Shown in pieces: positions 63,144-64,000 of a stretch of 64,000 nt of DNA; position 1 is the stretch's first letter, and each line of letters begins with the position of its first letter. Made by a program: the position numbers and the translations under genes. This DNA is from Nitrososphaerota archaeon (GTDB lineage: Archaea; Thermoproteota; Nitrososphaeria_A; Caldarchaeales; Calditenuaceae), in assembly GCA_041641295.1 (NCBI GenBank), contig JBEPYO010000001.1, forward strand, positions 1,241,006 through 1,305,005. The letters are read 5' to 3'. The notes under the pieces were generated by a model. It saw nothing but the letters and a program-made list of their open reading frames with translations. It did not search any database and had not been told where the DNA came from.

Positions 63144-64000
63144 TTGAAGTCGGTATATGTCTCGCTCTGCCCCAACTGTGAGGGCGAAATAACTGACGAG
63201 GAGCTGATAGAGCTCGGAGTATGCAGGCAGTGCCTCCTAGAGGGCCTGAAGGAGGGTGGCCGGCTCCGGATTAGGCCCGGGAAATACGTTCCGGTGCTGG
63301 AGCTGGAGGAGAGGTTCAAGGAATTTGAGGCCTTCTTCAACATGATCGTAGGTTCGCGTCCATGGTCGCTTCAGAGGACTTGGGCTAGGAGGGTCCTACT
63401 GGGAAGGAGCTTTTCACTAATATCCCCCACAGGGACCGGCAAGACGACATTCTGCCTAGCAATGGCACTCTACCAAGCCACCAAGGGGAAGAAATCCTAC
63501 ATACTGGTCCCCACCAGCCTCCTAGTCCAACACCTCCTCGAGAGGGCGGCCGCCCTAGCCGCCAGGCTGGGAGAGAAACAGCCCAAGATACTCGGATACT
63601 ACTCGGGCATGAAGAAAAATGCCGCCAGCCAGGCGCTTCAACAAATAGCCGAGGGAGACTTCGACATACTGATCACAACAGATAGATTCCTCTACAGCAG
63701 ATTCGAACTACTCCGAGACAAGAAGTTCTCATTCATTTTTGTGGATGATGTCGACTCCTTCCTGAAATCTCCAAAAAATATTGACAAGGTATTACTGCTA
63801 ATGGGGTTCACTCTCGAGGAGATTGGAAAATACCTCGAATTAATTTCAGGTAAATCTGGCGAGGCTGGAGAAGATAACCAGTATGAGGAATCCATGAGCA
63901 ATGATAGGGAGCTGGACTCCGTACTCCTCGTCTCAGGGGCTACTGTGCGGGGTCGGAGAACCAAGAGAATGAGACTGTTTAGACTTGCACTCAACTTTGA
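63144..64000 (+). CDS. rgy: reverse gyrase, N-terminal part (runs off the window)
   Basis: An open frame from TTG 63144 is absent from the track because it has no stop. It has zinc finger CPNCEGEITDEELIELGVCRQC, helicase motif I SPTGTGKTT and motif II FVDDVDS. Confidence 0.9.
   Translation, partial: MKSVYVSLCPNCEGEITDEELIELGVCRQCLLEGLKEGGRLRIRPGKYVPVLELEERFKEFEAFFNMIVGSRPWSLQRTWARRVLLGRSFSLISPTGTGKTTFCLAMALYQATKGKKSYILVPTSLLVQHLLERAAALAARLGEKQPKILGYYSGMKKNAASQALQQIAEGDFDILITTDRFLYSRFELLRDKKFSFIFVDDVDSFLKSPKNIDKVLLLMGFTLEEIGKYLELISGKSGEAGEDNQYEESMSNDRELDSVLLVSGATVRGRRTKRMRLFRLALNF

Noticed and set aside
63122-63994. Two minus-strand ORFs (63122..63343 and 63692..63994)
   Set aside because: Both are antisense to the reverse gyrase frame, which is open to the window end and therefore missing from the track.
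1-64000. Search by eye for CRISPR arrays, tRNA/rRNA genes, transposases, integrases and defence-system hallmarks
   Set aside because: I found no regularly spaced repeats, no T-loop (GGTTCRAATCC) matches outside coding sequence in a tRNA-like context, and no recombinase, Cas or restriction-like ORFs. A computational scan (tRNAscan-SE, minced, ISEScan, DefenseFinder) should confirm this.

Overview
This is an archaeal chromosomal segment, most likely from a hyperthermophilic Thermoproteota (Crenarchaeota)-type organism. Markers are a partial reverse gyrase at the 3' end, archaeal ribosomal proteins S27e/L44e/L37e, an Sm protein, a 7S SRP RNA, a Sulfolobus-type zinc ferredoxin and a KdaD-type pentose enzyme. 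Many genes have a TATA box centred about 27 nt upstream of the start codon, which suggests leaderless transcripts. About 70 tightly packed genes are almost all core metabolism or information processing: amt-glnK, sufB, leuA-ilvB-(two ACT ORFs)-ilvC, DUF763-GINS, trpS, grpE-rlmE, a GH51 arabinofuranosidase, pstSCAB-phoU with a divergent AbrB-PhoU regulator, aconitase, moaB, thrC, a Urm1/MoaD-like protein, pdxS, map, a glycosyltransferase cluster, MBF1-hflX, thioredoxin, isoprenoid genes, hisA-F-I, a peptide/sugar ABC binding protein, a BNR-repeat surface protein, KdaD plus an aldehyde dehydrogenase, ilvD-leuB, a diphthine-ammonia ligase and a Nudix hydrolase. I saw no CRISPR array, tRNA, rRNA, transposase, integrase or recognisable defence island, so no single clear novel system stands out. 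The candidates most worth follow-up are: (1) a 41-codon upstream ORF with Val/Ile/Leu runs and alternative RNA pairings that could mask the leuA Shine-Dalgarno sequence; (2) a wHTH / half-glycosyltransferase / glycosyltransferase module in which one paralog has lost exactly its donor-binding domain; (3) a grpE with no dnaK or dnaJ in this window, in a genome that encodes reverse gyrase; (4) a DUF763-GINS operon; (5) four ATATAG(G/C) motifs spaced 28, 28 and 25 nt apart in the divergent pst promoter; (6) a KdaD/aldehyde-dehydrogenase pair abutting ilvD-leuB. All product calls come from motif recognition by eye. No database search was run.
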